DNA of 64,000 nucleotides from Dehalococcoidia bacterium (GCA_965261605.1 OZ253466.1:336724-400723), one strand, 5' to 3'; shown: positions 1 to 11,216, numbered from the stretch's first letter. Numbers and translations: made by a program. Notes: generated by a model from the sequence alone, not told the origin.

Positions 1-225
1 TCGGTCGCTGTACCATGCCAGCACCCGGTCCAACCAGAGAGCCAGTTCCCCGGCGAAAGATGGATCGCGTGGCTGCTGTTGCGCAATGCCGCGCTCTATC
101 TCCCCCACGGTAACAACGCTTATGTACAAATCCGCTGTGCGCTGGGCCTCCACCCAACGGACAGCCCCAGGATGCCGTTCACGCCTGCGGAGCGCCGACA
201 GCACGTCGGTGTCCAGGAGAAACAT
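1..225 (-). CDS. vapC: PIN-domain toxin VapC, N-terminal part (continues past the window edge)
   Basis: Minus-strand translation from the ATG at 225-223 gives MFLLDTDVLSALRRRERHPGAVRWVEAQRTADLYISVVTVGEIERGI..., a typical PIN N-terminus with an early acidic residue. The start overlaps the antitoxin stop (ATGA). Confidence 0.75.
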   Translation of the reverse strand, partial: MFLLDTDVLSALRRRERHPGAVRWVEAQRTADLYISVVTVGEIERGIAQQQPRDPSFAGELALWLDRVLAWYSDR

Positions 226-479
226 CACAGGTAGAATGACCGGGCGGTAATAGGCAGCCGCTTGAATTCCTGGTCGTCCTGCGGGATTTCAAGAAGCAGT
301 TCCCCCAGAGTCGGAGCGTCGGACCTCTCTAGGCGGCAGAGTCGTTCGTACTCCTCCGCCGCCAGCACGACCACGACGGGCTGTCCCCGGCGAGTAACGC
401 GCTGTGGTTCACCGGCTAGCGCGGCATTGACCAGGGCGCTGAACTTGTTCTTCGCATCTTGTAGAGGCCACTCCGCCAT
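225..479 (-). CDS. Type II antitoxin, Phd/YefM family
   Basis: The 84-aa ORF MAEWPLQDAKNKFSALVNAALAGEPQRVTRRGQPVVVVLAAEEYERL has the Phd/YefM N-terminal pattern. It sits directly upstream of, and overlaps, a PIN toxin gene. Confidence 0.75.
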   Translation of the reverse strand: MAEWPLQDAKNKFSALVNAALAGEPQRVTRRGQPVVVVLAAEEYERLCRLERSDAPTLGELLLEIPQDDQEFKRLPITARSFYL

Positions 480-489
480 GACAAACTCC

Positions 490-514
490 GGCTAGATGTT
501 CTGGCTAGATTATA
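490..514 (-). promoter_or_regulatory. Candidate vapBC promoter/operator
   Basis: A minus-strand TATAAT (plus 509-514) overlaps the second of two GGCTAGAT direct repeats (490-497 and 503-510, 13-nt period). A GGAG lies 7 nt before the antitoxin ATG. Confidence 0.35.
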
Positions 515-677
515 CGGTAACTCGTGTCTGATTGTCACTACCGGAAAGCTGCCCAACGCCGACGACAGTTATCCCGAGTCCGGTTTCGGAATACGTTTTG
601 AAAATGGAACCAAAAACCCAGCAATTAGTCCACCTTCCTGTTATCATAGGATGTCTTAATATGTGAGGAGATTAGAT

Positions 678-2516
678 TTGACTGACTGCCAAAACAACGC
701 CATTCGCAACCTGGCCATCATTGCCCACGTCGACCACGGCAAGACCACTCTGGTCGACGCTTTGTTGAAACAAGGCCAGGTCTTTCGGGACCACCAACAG
801 GTGGGCGCTTTGATTATGGACACCAACCCTCTGGAACGAGAGCGCGGCATTACGATCCTGGCCAAGAACGCCTCGGTCTCCTACGGCGGTGTCCGGATCA
901 ACATTATCGACACGCCGGGCCACGCCGATTTCAGCGGCGAGGTGGAACGTGTCATGAATATGGCCGATGGCTGCCTGCTGTTGGTGGACGCCGTTGACGG
1001 CCCCATGCCCCAGACTACCTACGTGTTGCGCCAAGCCCTCCAGCAGAACGTTAGACCAATTGTGGTCATCAACAAGATCGACCGCCCTGAGGCCCGCGTG
1101 ACTGAGGTGGTCGCGATGGTCCAGGACCTGTTCCTGAACGTGGTTACGAGGGATGACCAACTGGATTATCCGGTGCTTTACACCTCGGCCCGCCAGGGCT
1201 GCGCCACCACGGACCCGAACGTGCCAGGGGTGGATATGCAGCCTCTTTTCCAGGCGATATTGGACTCGGTGCCGCCGCCAACCGGCGACCCCGGCGCACC
1301 GCTGCAAATGCTGGTGGCGGCCTTGGACTACGACAACTATATGGGCCAAGTGTCCGTGGGCCGCATCTCCAATGGCACGCTCCGGCTACGGGATGCCGTG
1401 GCTCTGCTGGGCCGCGACGGCCAGGCAACCACCCACAACCTTGAGCGCATCTTCGTGTTCCGCGGTATGGAGCGAGTTGAAACACCCGAAGCCCACGCCG
1501 GGGACATCGTGGCTGTGACTGGCCCTGAAGACGTGTCCATCGGCGACACCATTGCTTCGCCGGAATGCCCTGAGGCCCTGCCGACTATCGACATCAACGA
1601 ACCCACGGTGCGCATGACCTTCGGCGTGAGCAATTCTCCATTCATGGGGCGGGAGGGTGACCATTGCACTTCCCGCAATCTTCACGAACGGCTGGTTAGA
1701 GAACTGCGGACCAACGTCAGCCTGCGAGTGGATCCCACCCCCAGCGCGGACGTGTTCGTAGTCGCAGGACGGGGTGAGTTGCACCTGTCCATTCTGGTCG
1801 AGACAATGCGCCGTGAACAATTCGAGTTTCAGGTGTCCCGTCCCACACCCGTCACCAAGGTGATCGACGGCAAAGTACACGAGCCCTACGAAATTCTGAA
1901 TATCAGTACTCATGAGGAGTATGTGGGTGTGCTGACCGAGTACCTCTCTGCCCATTTGGCTCAGCTCCGGGACATGCGGTACGACGAGAACGGTTACGTC
2001 CACATGGAGTACAAGATACCTACCCGGGGACTGATAGGATTCAACGCCTTCTTTCTTCGGACCACCCGGGGCGATGGAGTGAAGAGCAGCTTCTTCACCT
2101 CCTACGAGCCTATGGAAGGTGAAATCAGGTCCCAGCGCGACGGTTCACTCGTGGCGTCCGAGGGCGGCGTGGCTGTCACTTACGGCTTGCTCAACGCACA
2201 AGGTCGGGGCGACACCTTCATCGATCCAGGCATTATGGTCTATGCAGGGATGATTGTCGGCTCCCACCGCCGCGAGGGCGACATTGAGATCAACGTCTGC
2301 AAGGAAAAGAAGCTGACCAACATGCGGTCGTCGACGTCTGAAGTGACCAAGCGCCTCAACGCCACTGTGAGGATGAGCCTGGAGGAGGCCCTGTCGTTCA
2401 TCTCTGACGATGAACTGCTGGAAGTCACACCCCTGAATCTTCGTCTTCGCAAGGCGGAACTCTCTGCCTTGGACCGTAAGCGTAAACGCCGAGACGGAGT
2501 CCGAAGCCGGGATTAA
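678..2516 (+). CDS. typA: Translational GTPase TypA/BipA
   Basis: GTPase motifs [21 protein letters not shown] and NKIDR are present, and the protein has full-length BipA-like architecture. I moved the start to the TTG at 678, 7 nt after GAGGAG; the ORF track starts at the GTG at 663. Confidence 0.9.
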   Translation: MTDCQNNAIRNLAIIAHVDHGKTTLVDALLKQGQVFRDHQQVGALIMDTNPLERERGITILAKNASVSYGGVRINIIDTPGHADFSGEVERVMNMADGCLLLVDAVDGPMPQTTYVLRQALQQNVRPIVVINKIDRPEARVTEVVAMVQDLFLNVVTRDDQLDYPVLYTSARQGCATTDPNVPGVDMQPLFQAILDSVPPPTGDPGAPLQMLVAALDYDNYMGQVSVGRISNGTLRLRDAVALLGRDGQATTHNLERIFVFRGMERVETPEAHAGDIVAVTGPEDVSIGDTIASPECPEALPTIDINEPTVRMTFGVSNSPFMGREGDHCTSRNLHERLVRELRTNVSLRVDPTPSADVFVVAGRGELHLSILVETMRREQFEFQVSRPTPVTKVIDGKVHEPYEILNISTHEEYVGVLTEYLSAHLAQLRDMRYDENGYVHMEYKIPTRGLIGFNAFFLRTTRGDGVKSSFFTSYEPMEGEIRSQRDGSLVASEGGVAVTYGLLNAQGRGDTFIDPGIMVYAGMIVGSHRREGDIEINVCKEKKLTNMRSSTSEVTKRLNATVRMSLEEALSFISDDELLEVTPLNLRLRKAELSALDRKRKRRDGVRSRD

Positions 2517-2725
2517 GCCATCTGTTTGCGCTCCCCGTGAACACTCAAGAAACGGACTCCCAGATCGGGGGGCCGCTTCCTGCGCCGACCAGTTACTCCT
2601 CCCGCTCCAGGCTGAAAAGCTCACTCGAAGAGGGACGTGGTGGCGGGCTTCGGCTTCCGCCTGCGGCTATTCGGCTTCACAGGCTCCTCCGCCGTGAACT
2701 CCGTACCGTAGCTGCCCGGAGTCGC

Positions 2726-3862
2726 TCAACTCAAAGTTGCGAGAACTCTCCTCAGCGCCGAACTGAACTCGCGCTTCTGCCAGCTCCGGACCTCAGGGCT
2801 ATCGAGTTCGGAGTGCAAGTCGCGTGGGCGCCGAGCCAGGCGCTCCAGACTCACCGCCGGCCACAGCAGGGCCGAGTCCATAGCTAGTTCCTTGCCCAAC
2901 TGGCTGCGCCACGTCTTGAGACTCTTGGAGCGAGTCCTGACCATCTCCCGCTCTGCTGGGCTCAATTTCTCTTCACTCCGCGTCGGCCTCGGCCGAGTCA
3001 CTGGGCCAGACCTGATCCCTTGGTGGATGGCGGCTTTCAGGCCTCTGTTGGCAGGGGTATGACCGTACCGGCCCAGCCCTTTGACGGCCGAGAGGTCGGC
3101 CTCGGGCTCGGACGACAGCTGCACCAGCGCGGAATCCGGTATCACCCTGAAGAACGAACGGTCGAGATGCTTGGCCTCTTGTTCGCGGAATTGGTACAGA
3201 GAGCGCAGTATAGCCAAACTCCTCCCGTCCAGATCACGGCTACCCTTGATCGAAAGGAAGGCCAACTCGCGTTCGGGAGGAGTATGCCTCACGTTCTCCA
3301 TACGTGCGAACTCCTCCTCCGCCCATGCGAGCCGCGACAGCGTCTCCAGCCGCGCCGAAAGTGATTCGCGGACCTGCAGAAGGTGCAGGACGTCGTCTGC
3401 TGCGTACTTCAGCGCTTCAGGGCTTATAGGCCGCATCGTCCAGTCTGACCTCTGGAGTTTCCGGTCCTTGACCAACTCCACCCCCGCGTGCTCTTCCACC
3501 ACGGACTGCAAGCCCAGCTGCTCTGAGCCAACGAAGGCGGCGGCAATACTGGTGTCGAACAAGTTGTTTACCCGGAATCCCCAGTCCCTGTCGAGGCTAC
3601 GGAGGTCGTAGTCGGGGGCGTGGAAGACCTTCTCCACCGATCGGTCACCGAGAAGTTTACCAAGCGGTCGGACATCGTCTATTGCCAACGGATCGACGAT
3701 GAAGGCGGTTTCGGTTGATGCGAGCTGCACGAGGCAGACGCGCTCGTGATACCTGAAGAACCCGTTCGACTCGATGTCGACTGCTACTCGCGGCGCCCTC
3801 GATATATGATCGACGACTTCGGCGAGGCGTGATTCCCCGGTTATCAACTCAATTTGGCTCAT
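2726..3862 (-). CDS. rnd: Ribonuclease D (DEDD 3'-5' exonuclease with HRDC region)
   Basis: It has the exonuclease motifs VAVDIESNG, HAPDYDL and YAADDV, and a length and C-terminal region typical of RNase D. Confidence 0.85.
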   Translation of the reverse strand: MSQIELITGESRLAEVVDHISRAPRVAVDIESNGFFRYHERVCLVQLASTETAFIVDPLAIDDVRPLGKLLGDRSVEKVFHAPDYDLRSLDRDWGFRVNNLFDTSIAAAFVGSEQLGLQSVVEEHAGVELVKDRKLQRSDWTMRPISPEALKYAADDVLHLLQVRESLSARLETLSRLAWAEEEFARMENVRHTPPERELAFLSIKGSRDLDGRSLAILRSLYQFREQEAKHLDRSFFRVIPDSALVQLSSEPEADLSAVKGLGRYGHTPANRGLKAAIHQGIRSGPVTRPRPTRSEEKLSPAEREMVRTRSKSLKTWRSQLGKELAMDSALLWPAVSLERLARRPRDLHSELDSPEVRSWQKREFSSALRRVLATLS

Positions 3863-4126
3863 CTACGTAGTCAGTAGCGTAAGTTATAAGTGGTTGCTCA
3901 GTCAAATGCTACCACCGTCCAGGGCGGGTCCCTCTACCGCGGTCTACCGTGGCACCGCCCGCCCCGGCGCGCCGCCGAGTTCGAGGTGATGGTCGACGAG
4001 TTCCCGCAGGCCCAGGCGCTGGGCGAGGGCGGCCTCGCATCCCGCTGCCGGGCTGGCCGGACGGCGATACGCCGGGAGCTAAGGTGACTTTAACGTACTC
4101 TATGCCGTAGCGCTCTCAAACGGTAT

Positions 4127-5389
4127 TCAACCTGAAGGCTGACTACCCGTGCCGTATTTCTTGTCAAACGCTCGTAATGCATCACGAAAGCATTCCATCG
4201 GGGGACGAGAAAGCCCGCCACCTATGATTGGGTACCCCGGGTCTTTATGTGCTATGGCCGTGTCTACGATAGGAAGAATCCCAGTTTGAACTACTTTCCG
4301 GATATCGATCCCCACAGCTGGTCCTTTGAAGTCGAGGGCCGGTATCGGAAACTCTGGACTCAGATCCACAGTAATGTCGCGCATGGCGTGGGTGTAGCCC
4401 ACGGCTTCTTCCAGCGTTCCACCAACCAGGGGGAGGATTCCTGGGGCGCTGCCCAGTAAGAACCCACCTAGACCCAACGTCTCAATAATGGCAGAATCTC
4501 CCATATCCCGGCCGGCGTCACTTCGGCCGAATCCGGGCAGAAATATCCCATCAAGCACTGGAGCACGAGCAACAAACCATTCAGAGTCTAGGCCACTGAC
4601 CTGGATACCGACCTGGTAACCATTCCTGGACATTACTGTCACCACAGTGGAGTAGGGAATCCCCTTCGCGGTGTCCGCTGTAGATTTTGCCGATGCCATT
4701 ACAAGTCCCATATAGAGCAACTCGTGGCTGGCCATAAAGTCGATCGTACTGAGCAGGTCATCCTGAGGAACGTCCGCTTTGATCATGGGAGCGACAATCG
4801 CATTCGCAAACATAGAAGTCGCTGCAGTCGTGCGGTTGTGTAACTCATCGCCCATCTGTAGCGCTTTCGCTGTCAGCGGTTTCAAGTCTAGACCGCCGAT
4901 GTGCCTAATCCCTTTGGCGATTGAGGGCGCCCAGACGTCTCTCCACATTCGCAGCTCCTGAATGGCTTCCTCATCGAACGCGCCAAACTGCTGCCTGTCC
5001 TCTACCAGCCGGCAGTAAGCCCTATTCCCAAAGGCTCGGTTCTCCACGACATAGACTGGCAGCGATTTGGTGATTGTACCGGCCATGGGGCCCACGGCGG
5101 AATGGTGATGATTGCAATCCAGCGCAACGTCTCCGCTGCTTAAGAGTCGCTCAGCCTCCTCTCTTGAGGAAGCCCACTCCTCGAATAGCGCCATTGCTAT
5201 GCAGGCGCCCTTCTGGGCACCGCTCATGTGCTCCCAGTCAACCGGGGGTCCCGAGTGCAGAACCATCCGGTCGTCCAGCCCCGGTACAACATCTCCTGCC
5301 TGGCATACATCAACGAGGACCGGATCGGCCCGGTTAATTCGGTCAAACGCTTCGCGGTTCGCCTGCTCTATCTTCTCTTCTACAGTAAT
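4127..5389 (-). CDS. DUF1116 family protein (E. coli YlbE/AllG-like)
   Basis: The body resembles YlbE (LHSGPP..W..M.G..KGA, HH.AVGPMAG, GDSAIIETLGLGG). The frame stays open upstream of the first ATG (5266) and encodes ITVEEKIEQANREAFDRINRADPVLVDV, which matches the family N-terminus. I therefore extended the 5' end to the ATT at 5389, 9 nt after AGGAGG. Confidence 0.7.
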   Translation of the reverse strand: MTVEEKIEQANREAFDRINRADPVLVDVCQAGDVVPGLDDRMVLHSGPPVDWEHMSGAQKGACIAMALFEEWASSREEAERLLSSGDVALDCNHHHSAVGPMAGTITKSLPVYVVENRAFGNRAYCRLVEDRQQFGAFDEEAIQELRMWRDVWAPSIAKGIRHIGGLDLKPLTAKALQMGDELHNRTTAATSMFANAIVAPMIKADVPQDDLLSTIDFMASHELLYMGLVMASAKSTADTAKGIPYSTVVTVMSRNGYQVGIQVSGLDSEWFVARAPVLDGIFLPGFGRSDAGRDMGDSAIIETLGLGGFLLGSAPGILPLVGGTLEEAVGYTHAMRDITVDLSPEFPIPALDFKGPAVGIDIRKVVQTGILPIVDTAIAHKDPGYPIIGGGLSRPPMECFRDALRAFDKKYGTGSQPSG

Positions 5390-5570
5390 AACACCGTACC
5401 TCCTGTCCTCAACATTTATTTCAAACCTGCAACATTCCGGTCGACTGTCCTACGCGCATATCCCACCTTCATACGATCCCAACCCTGGTTGTCGCCATAT
5501 CGAGTCCATGTTGCTAGCCCGATCCCCCTCTACCGGATTACGACTGCGTGGAACGCCATACCAGGGAAGA

Positions 5571-7070
5571 TCATGTCTGGGATTCAAGTGCAGACGCCAG
5601 AGCGAACAGGATGCCATCATCAAAGGGAGAGGCTACCATCTGAGCGCCAACCGGCAGTCCATCTGGCGTGAAGCCGCTGGGCACTGAAATCGCCGGGACT
5701 CCTATGAAGCTCCAGGGAATACAGTTGGTGGAGAGAATTATCAGATATGCGTCTGCATCCTCCAACTTTGGGGCCGCAACCTTGGTCGTGGGCATGATGA
5801 GAGCGTCAAACCCTGACAGATGGGCTAACATGCGTTCCTGAAACTCGGACCGGAAACGCTGCGCGTTTATATAGTCCATGGCCTTAACCTTGGACGCCTC
5901 ATCCAACTGCTCAAAGACCGGACGGGTGTATTGAGACCTTGCATTGGAAAAAGATTGGTGGTAGGCCGCCGCTTCACTTCGGCTTACGATGAGCCCGAGA
6001 GATGTCGCCAGGCGGTAATCCTCTGCCGATGGAGTCTCAGTTTCTACCACTTCTACACCTAATGAGGATAGGGTTTCTACGGTCTTGCTGAAAGCTGCAA
6101 GCACGTCCGGATCAACATCCTTCAAGCCGTTTACTGCCAAACCCACACGCAACCCGCGTACATCGCGGTGCAGGTAGTCCGTGTAGTCGTCCCTGGGACG
6201 ATCTAAAGACGCAGGGTCCTTGGGGTCAACGCCTTGAAGCGCGTTCATCATATGCGCCACGTCCTGAGCGGTCTTCGCCTGAAGACCAGCGTGGTCCATG
6301 CTCCAGGAGAGTGTAATAATGCCGTCTGTGGACACGAGTCCGAAGGTCGGCTTGTAACCCACAATGCCGCACAGCGCTGCGGGAACACGGATGGATGCCC
6401 TAGTGTCAGAGCCCAGGCTCAGAAAACTCATCCCGGACGCAATAGATATGGCGGAACCTCCGCTGGACCCGCCCGGGTCTCTCGTTGTATCCCAGGGATT
6501 CCGGCTCTGGGAAGTGGTCACGCCCAGAGCAAACTCGTGAGTATGGACCTTGCCCATCACAATCGTACCCGCCTCTTTGAGGAGCCGAACCGGGGTGCCA
6601 TCGTCCTCTGGTATGTAGCCCGCCAAGACCTTGGAACTCGCTGTGGTGGGCATTCCTTTAACGTGCACAATATCTTTCACGGAAATGGGAATGCCATGCA
6701 GAGGCCCCCGCAGCGCCCCTCTTTCCCGTTCCCGGTCAAGCGCATTTGCCTCCTCCAATAATGCAGCAGCAGGAGCTACGTGAACAAAGGCATTGAGCAC
6801 CTTGTCTTTGGATTCAATTGCGGCCAACGCTTCTAGCACCAGCTGTGATGCAGAAGTCGAACCCGCTGCCATGCGACTTGCAGCTTCGACCAGTGTTCCC
6901 TCTTTGGCGTGGCCGGGCGTAACCCTTGGTAAGGCCCTCACGTCACGGCGATTAGGGTCCTCATGTCTCGCCAGTGAGTATATGAATGCAGGTCGACGGG
7001 AAAGGCCATCGACTTGATATGCCTGAAGATCGGCCAACGCAGCTTGAAAATCGTCTCGTGCAGACATCAA
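5571..7070 (-). CDS. Amidase-signature family amidase
   Basis: It carries the GGSSGGSA amidase-signature core and is 499 aa long, typical of GatA/allophanate-hydrolase-like amidases. Confidence 0.85.
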   Translation of the reverse strand: MMSARDDFQAALADLQAYQVDGLSRRPAFIYSLARHEDPNRRDVRALPRVTPGHAKEGTLVEAASRMAAGSTSASQLVLEALAAIESKDKVLNAFVHVAPAAALLEEANALDRERERGALRGPLHGIPISVKDIVHVKGMPTTASSKVLAGYIPEDDGTPVRLLKEAGTIVMGKVHTHEFALGVTTSQSRNPWDTTRDPGGSSGGSAISIASGMSFLSLGSDTRASIRVPAALCGIVGYKPTFGLVSTDGIITLSWSMDHAGLQAKTAQDVAHMMNALQGVDPKDPASLDRPRDDYTDYLHRDVRGLRVGLAVNGLKDVDPDVLAAFSKTVETLSSLGVEVVETETPSAEDYRLATSLGLIVSRSEAAAYHQSFSNARSQYTRPVFEQLDEASKVKAMDYINAQRFRSEFQERMLAHLSGFDALIMPTTKVAAPKLEDADAYLIILSTNCIPWSFIGVPAISVPSGFTPDGLPVGAQMVASPFDDGILFALASALESQT

Positions 7071-7077
7071 ATGCTCC

Positions 7078-7776
7078 CTAGATTGTTATGCCCAGCGCTG
7101 TCAGAAATTGCTTGGAATCAGCTACTGCGCCAAAGACTCCGCCCTGCATCTTGATCATCTTCAACGATGATTCATAGTTCCCTTCGTCAGTGGCCCCAGT
7201 ACAATCGGAAAGAAGAAGACACTCGTAGCCGCGGTCATTTCCTTCTCGCATAGTGGTATGGACGCAAACGTCCGTAGTGATGCCTGTCAGCACCAGGTGT
7301 GTGATGCCGCGATTCCGCAACACCAGGTCCAGGTCCGTCGCAGTGAAAGCGCCCTTAGTGGGCTTGTCTATGATCATCTCCCCTTGTATAGGAGCAAGTT
7401 CATCAATGATCTCCCAACCCTCTTCACCGCGGATCAAAATCCGACCACATGGGCCTGGATCGCCGATACCAGCGCCAATCTGCTTTGACCGCCATAGTTT
7501 GTTGGGCGGGCAGTCGGACAGGTCCGGCTTATGGCCTTCCCGAGTGTGGATCACGGTAAGTCCTTTGGTAGCGCGACAGGCTTCCAGCACTTTACGGGTC
7601 GGAGCTATACCGCGACGGGTTGCGTTTATATCGTAGCCCATAGTGTCAACGTACCCACCGGGGCCACAGAAGTCATGTTGCCAATCTATCAATATGAGCG
7701 CTGTTTTGGCAGGATCGATATCGCCATCATATGGCCAGAGATAAGGTTCTGCGCCAATTACCTGCGCCATTAGCAT
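7078..7776 (-). CDS. Isochorismatase-family cysteine hydrolase
   Basis: It has [10 protein letters not shown] (catalytic Asp region) and [14 protein letters not shown] (Cys nucleophile). The start is set at ATG 7776, 6 nt after AGGAGG; the ORF track extends to 7803. Confidence 0.8.
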   Translation of the reverse strand: MLMAQVIGAEPYLWPYDGDIDPAKTALILIDWQHDFCGPGGYVDTMGYDINATRRGIAPTRKVLEACRATKGLTVIHTREGHKPDLSDCPPNKLWRSKQIGAGIGDPGPCGRILIRGEEGWEIIDELAPIQGEMIIDKPTKGAFTATDLDLVLRNRGITHLVLTGITTDVCVHTTMREGNDRGYECLLLSDCTGATDEGNYESSLKMIKMQGGVFGAVADSKQFLTALGITI

Positions 7777-7856
7777 TAGTGCCCTCCTTTGTTGACATCT
7801 CACCGCCTCAGCCCTTTTTGTGGGACTGAGACGGTGAGTGTCGTAGAATCCGCCGG

Positions 7857-9155
7857 TTAGTTCGTGCTTCCTGAAATACCTTCGACCAGCCAGTCAATAA
7901 TCTGGAGCTCTTCGTCAGCCGGCGATTCCCCGGCAGCAATGCGGATAGTACCGCTCTGGTCAGATATAGGTCCAAGGAACGGCTGTATACTGCCGTCACG
8001 CAAACCTTCAACTGTGTCCAGCACCTCTTGCTGGATATCCGCCGGGACGTTTGCGCCAAAAGGCGCCAGCTTTACAAACCCCTCTTCAAGGCCGCCAAAG
8101 AAGACGTTGGTCTTGTACGTGCCGTTCCTGATTTCAGTCATCAACTCAGTGTAAACCGGGCCCCAGTTCCAGACCGCGCCGGACAGCCACCCATTTGGCG
8201 CCGCAGAACTGGCATCCTGATGGTAGCCCGTAACAAATATGTTGGCGCGTTCCGCTGCCGTGGTTAAAGTGCCTGTGCAGTCTTGGTGCTGGGTAATCAC
8301 GTCCACCCCAGCGTCCAACATGGTTTGCGCAGCCGCGGCCTGCTTGGCCGGATCGCACCAGTCACCGAGCAGCACGAATGTTGTACTGACATCCGGATTC
8401 ACAGAGAGGGCGCCCAAATGGAATGCATTGACGTTGAGCAGCGTCTGAGGGATGGGAAACGCAGCGACGAAACCAAGCTCGTTGGTCTTGGTGGAACGCC
8501 CCGCAGCTTGGCCCATGGCGTACTCCAACTGCCAGATGTTGCCGAAGTATGCTCCGTAGTTTGGCGTGCTCTCCAGGTCCCCCTGGTGGAGAAAGATAAT
8601 CCCGGGATGCTGCTCCGCAAGTTCCTTCGTGGCATCCGAGTATCCGAAGCTGGTGGCGAAAATCACCTTGGCTCCCTGCTGAATCATCCCTTCCATAACC
8701 GATTTCACCTGAGCGGTCTCCGGAATGTTCTCAGCGTACAGTATCTCCACATCCGGGTGCTGTTGAACGAGAAACTGGCTACCTTCATAGGCGGCCTGAT
8801 TGTATCCCAGATCCTGCTGAGAGCCTACAAAGATGAAGCCGATCTTCAGTTTCTCTCCAGCAGCCAAAGGCTTGGCCGCGTCGGCGTACTCAGAAGCAGC
8901 TTGGGCCGTGCTGGTGTTTATGGCGTTCTCAAAGATCCTGGCGAACCCCGCCGGGGAGCCTCCGCCCAGGTCTTCGGTAGTCGGAACGTAAGCAACTGCA
9001 GATACAGTGGGAGCCGATGTCGATGTGGCCTGCGGGACAGCAGTGGCAGGCGTGGTGGGAGTGGGATCGTCACCTCCGCACGCAATCGCCAATACCAGGA
9101 TGGAAATCATCGCGACCAGAAGCATGGGGACCTTGGAATTTAATGTATGGAACAA
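7857..9155 (-). CDS. BMP-family (PnrA/Med-like) ABC substrate-binding lipoprotein
   Basis: The signal peptide with lipobox LAIAC is followed by a Thr/Pro-rich linker and a BMP-type body. The start is set at TTG 9155, 7 nt after AGGAGG. Confidence 0.85.
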   Translation of the reverse strand: MFHTLNSKVPMLLVAMISILVLAIACGGDDPTPTTPATAVPQATSTSAPTVSAVAYVPTTEDLGGGSPAGFARIFENAINTSTAQAASEYADAAKPLAAGEKLKIGFIFVGSQQDLGYNQAAYEGSQFLVQQHPDVEILYAENIPETAQVKSVMEGMIQQGAKVIFATSFGYSDATKELAEQHPGIIFLHQGDLESTPNYGAYFGNIWQLEYAMGQAAGRSTKTNELGFVAAFPIPQTLLNVNAFHLGALSVNPDVSTTFVLLGDWCDPAKQAAAAQTMLDAGVDVITQHQDCTGTLTTAAERANIFVTGYHQDASSAAPNGWLSGAVWNWGPVYTELMTEIRNGTYKTNVFFGGLEEGFVKLAPFGANVPADIQQEVLDTVEGLRDGSIQPFLGPISDQSGTIRIAAGESPADEELQIIDWLVEGISGSTN

Positions 9156-9235
9156 GCTAAATCCTCCTAACATCAGGTAATCTCTACTAAACAATTTGGT
9201 GTTGCGGTGCAACTTCAGAGGGGTACGATACCGAA

Positions 9236-10159
9236 TCACCCCCCTTCCTTCAGAACGCGTTTGAGACCCTCAGGCATAGCTCGAAGGGTCGGGCCGGTCC
9301 AGATAGCCAGTACGCCCAGGGTGGTGATATAGGGCAACATCTGAAGATAAAACGGTGATACCGGCGCATCAACGGTCTGGAGCTGCAACTCCAGGCCAAT
9401 GGCTGCGCCGAACAGAAGCGCTCCGGCCATGGCTCGGAGCGGCGTCCACATGCCAAAAATCACCAGCGCCACAGCTATGAATCCCCTACCGGCCGTCATC
9501 CCTTCGGACCAGGACTGTGTAAAGGCCAGGGAAAGCTGAGCGCCCCCTATGCCTGCAAGGATTCCACCCATAGCAATGGCTGCATATTGCACTACCGCCG
9601 TATTTCGCCCAGCCGCATATGCTACCTCCACGCTCTCTCCCACTGCTCTAAGACTCAGACCCCAACGCGATCGGAAGAGCACAAACCACAGCACTGGCCC
9701 CAGGGCATAGGCAATGTAGGCAAGTATATCCTGGTGAAAGAGCGCCTCACCGATGATGGGTATCCGGGAGAGGAGCGGAATGGATATCTGGTCGAGTCCG
9801 TCTATGCTGACTCCTACATACGATCGCCCAGCCCAAGACGTAATCCCAGCTCCAAGCATGGTTATAGCCAGCCCGGTAGCCAACTGATTAGCTCTACGGT
9901 TGATCACCATAAACGCGAACAAAAGGCTCAGACTGCCACCTGCCAGTGCCCCGGACAGCACCCCAACTGCTTCGCTCCCGGTCTCAGCCGCTGCGATGAA
10001 GCCGAAGCATGCACCCATGAGCATTGCTCCCTCAACCCCAAGGTTGATCTTGCCCGAACGCTCGGTTATGACCTCTCCGTATGTGGCATACATCACCGAG
10101 ATACCCGGACCAACCGCGCCGGTGAGCACTCCTTTGATGACAAGCCAGAAGGTGTTCAA
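9236..10159 (-). CDS. ABC transporter permease (BMP/nucleoside-sugar type)
   Basis: This is a polytopic membrane protein whose ends overlap the neighbouring permease and SBP genes by 4 nt. Confidence 0.85.
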   Translation of the reverse strand: MNTFWLVIKGVLTGAVGPGISVMYATYGEVITERSGKINLGVEGAMLMGACFGFIAAAETGSEAVGVLSGALAGGSLSLLFAFMVINRRANQLATGLAITMLGAGITSWAGRSYVGVSIDGLDQISIPLLSRIPIIGEALFHQDILAYIAYALGPVLWFVLFRSRWGLSLRAVGESVEVAYAAGRNTAVVQYAAIAMGGILAGIGGAQLSLAFTQSWSEGMTAGRGFIAVALVIFGMWTPLRAMAGALLFGAAIGLELQLQTVDAPVSPFYLQMLPYITTLGVLAIWTGPTLRAMPEGLKRVLKEGG

Positions 10160-11214
10160 CGGCTGGTCACCGCGCGATGACCGAACCCCAGGACCATAAA
10201 GAGGATCAACGCAATGAGAATATTGGAGGCTCCGGAGGGGACGTCCGCACTGAACTGAAGCAGGTCTCCACCAACCACCACGAGCGCCAGCAAGAAACCG
10301 GCGCCAATTATAGCGAGGGGGTTATGTCGAGCCAACCAGCTCGCCAAGAAACCCAGGAACCCAAGATTGTTGGATATCTCAGGCCGCAGGTGATGCTGCA
10401 CACCGGCAACCTCTATCATACCTGCAACCCCGGCTATGCCACCGCCTGCCAGCATCGCTACCAGCAGGTATCGGCCCACGGGTATTCCCCTCCTCTGTGC
10501 TGCATCAGGGTTACCGCCAATGGCCCGGATATTGTACCCCCAGCGTGTCTTGGCAAACACAAAGTACAGGACAAAGACGGCAATGACCGGCAGTACGAAT
10601 CCCCAGTGGAACCGTGTGCCGCCAATTGCCGGAAGGATCGCACTGGGGCTGAAGTTGGCGGTGTATGGGTAGCCGAATCCGTCCGGGTTCTTCCACGGGC
10701 CGAACACAAATACGTTGACAAGCAATATCGCAACAAAGTTAAGCAGCAGCGTTGAAATGACCTCGTTAACATTGCGCCAGTATCGGAGTAACATCGCCAC
10801 GCCGGCCCAGGCCGACCCACCGACAAAACCCGCAAGCACCATGAACGGGATTGTTATAAACAGAGGCCCGCCGGACGCGTAGAGCGCCACCCCAGTCGCG
10901 AGCCACGCACCAAAGTGAAGCTGGCCTTCGCCGCCGACGTTTATCAGACCCACACGCGCAGGAAGCGCGGTGGCAAGGCCCGCAAGCACGAAAGGGATCA
11001 TCCGGACGCCAATCTCACCCAATCCGCTCTTGCTCCCAAGGGTGCCGTTATAAACCTTGCTGTAGGCGTCAAGGACATCGCGTCCCATAAGCGCAAGGAA
11101 CAGGCCAAAGAGAGCAATGGCAACAAGAATCAGCCCAATGTTACGGGCCAACACAGGTAGGACGCCCCCACTGTTGAACCAGGACATTGGAGAGAGGAAA
11201 ATGTGCTGCGTCAT
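10156..11214 (-). CDS. ABC transporter permease (BMP/nucleoside-sugar type)
   Basis: This is a polytopic membrane protein lying between the ATPase and the second permease in one operon. Confidence 0.85.
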   Translation of the reverse strand: MTQHIFLSPMSWFNSGGVLPVLARNIGLILVAIALFGLFLALMGRDVLDAYSKVYNGTLGSKSGLGEIGVRMIPFVLAGLATALPARVGLINVGGEGQLHFGAWLATGVALYASGGPLFITIPFMVLAGFVGGSAWAGVAMLLRYWRNVNEVISTLLLNFVAILLVNVFVFGPWKNPDGFGYPYTANFSPSAILPAIGGTRFHWGFVLPVIAVFVLYFVFAKTRWGYNIRAIGGNPDAAQRRGIPVGRYLLVAMLAGGGIAGVAGMIEVAGVQHHLRPEISNNLGFLGFLASWLARHNPLAIIGAGFLLALVVVGGDLLQFSADVPSGASNILIALILFMVLGFGHRAVTSR

Positions 11215-11216
11215 TC

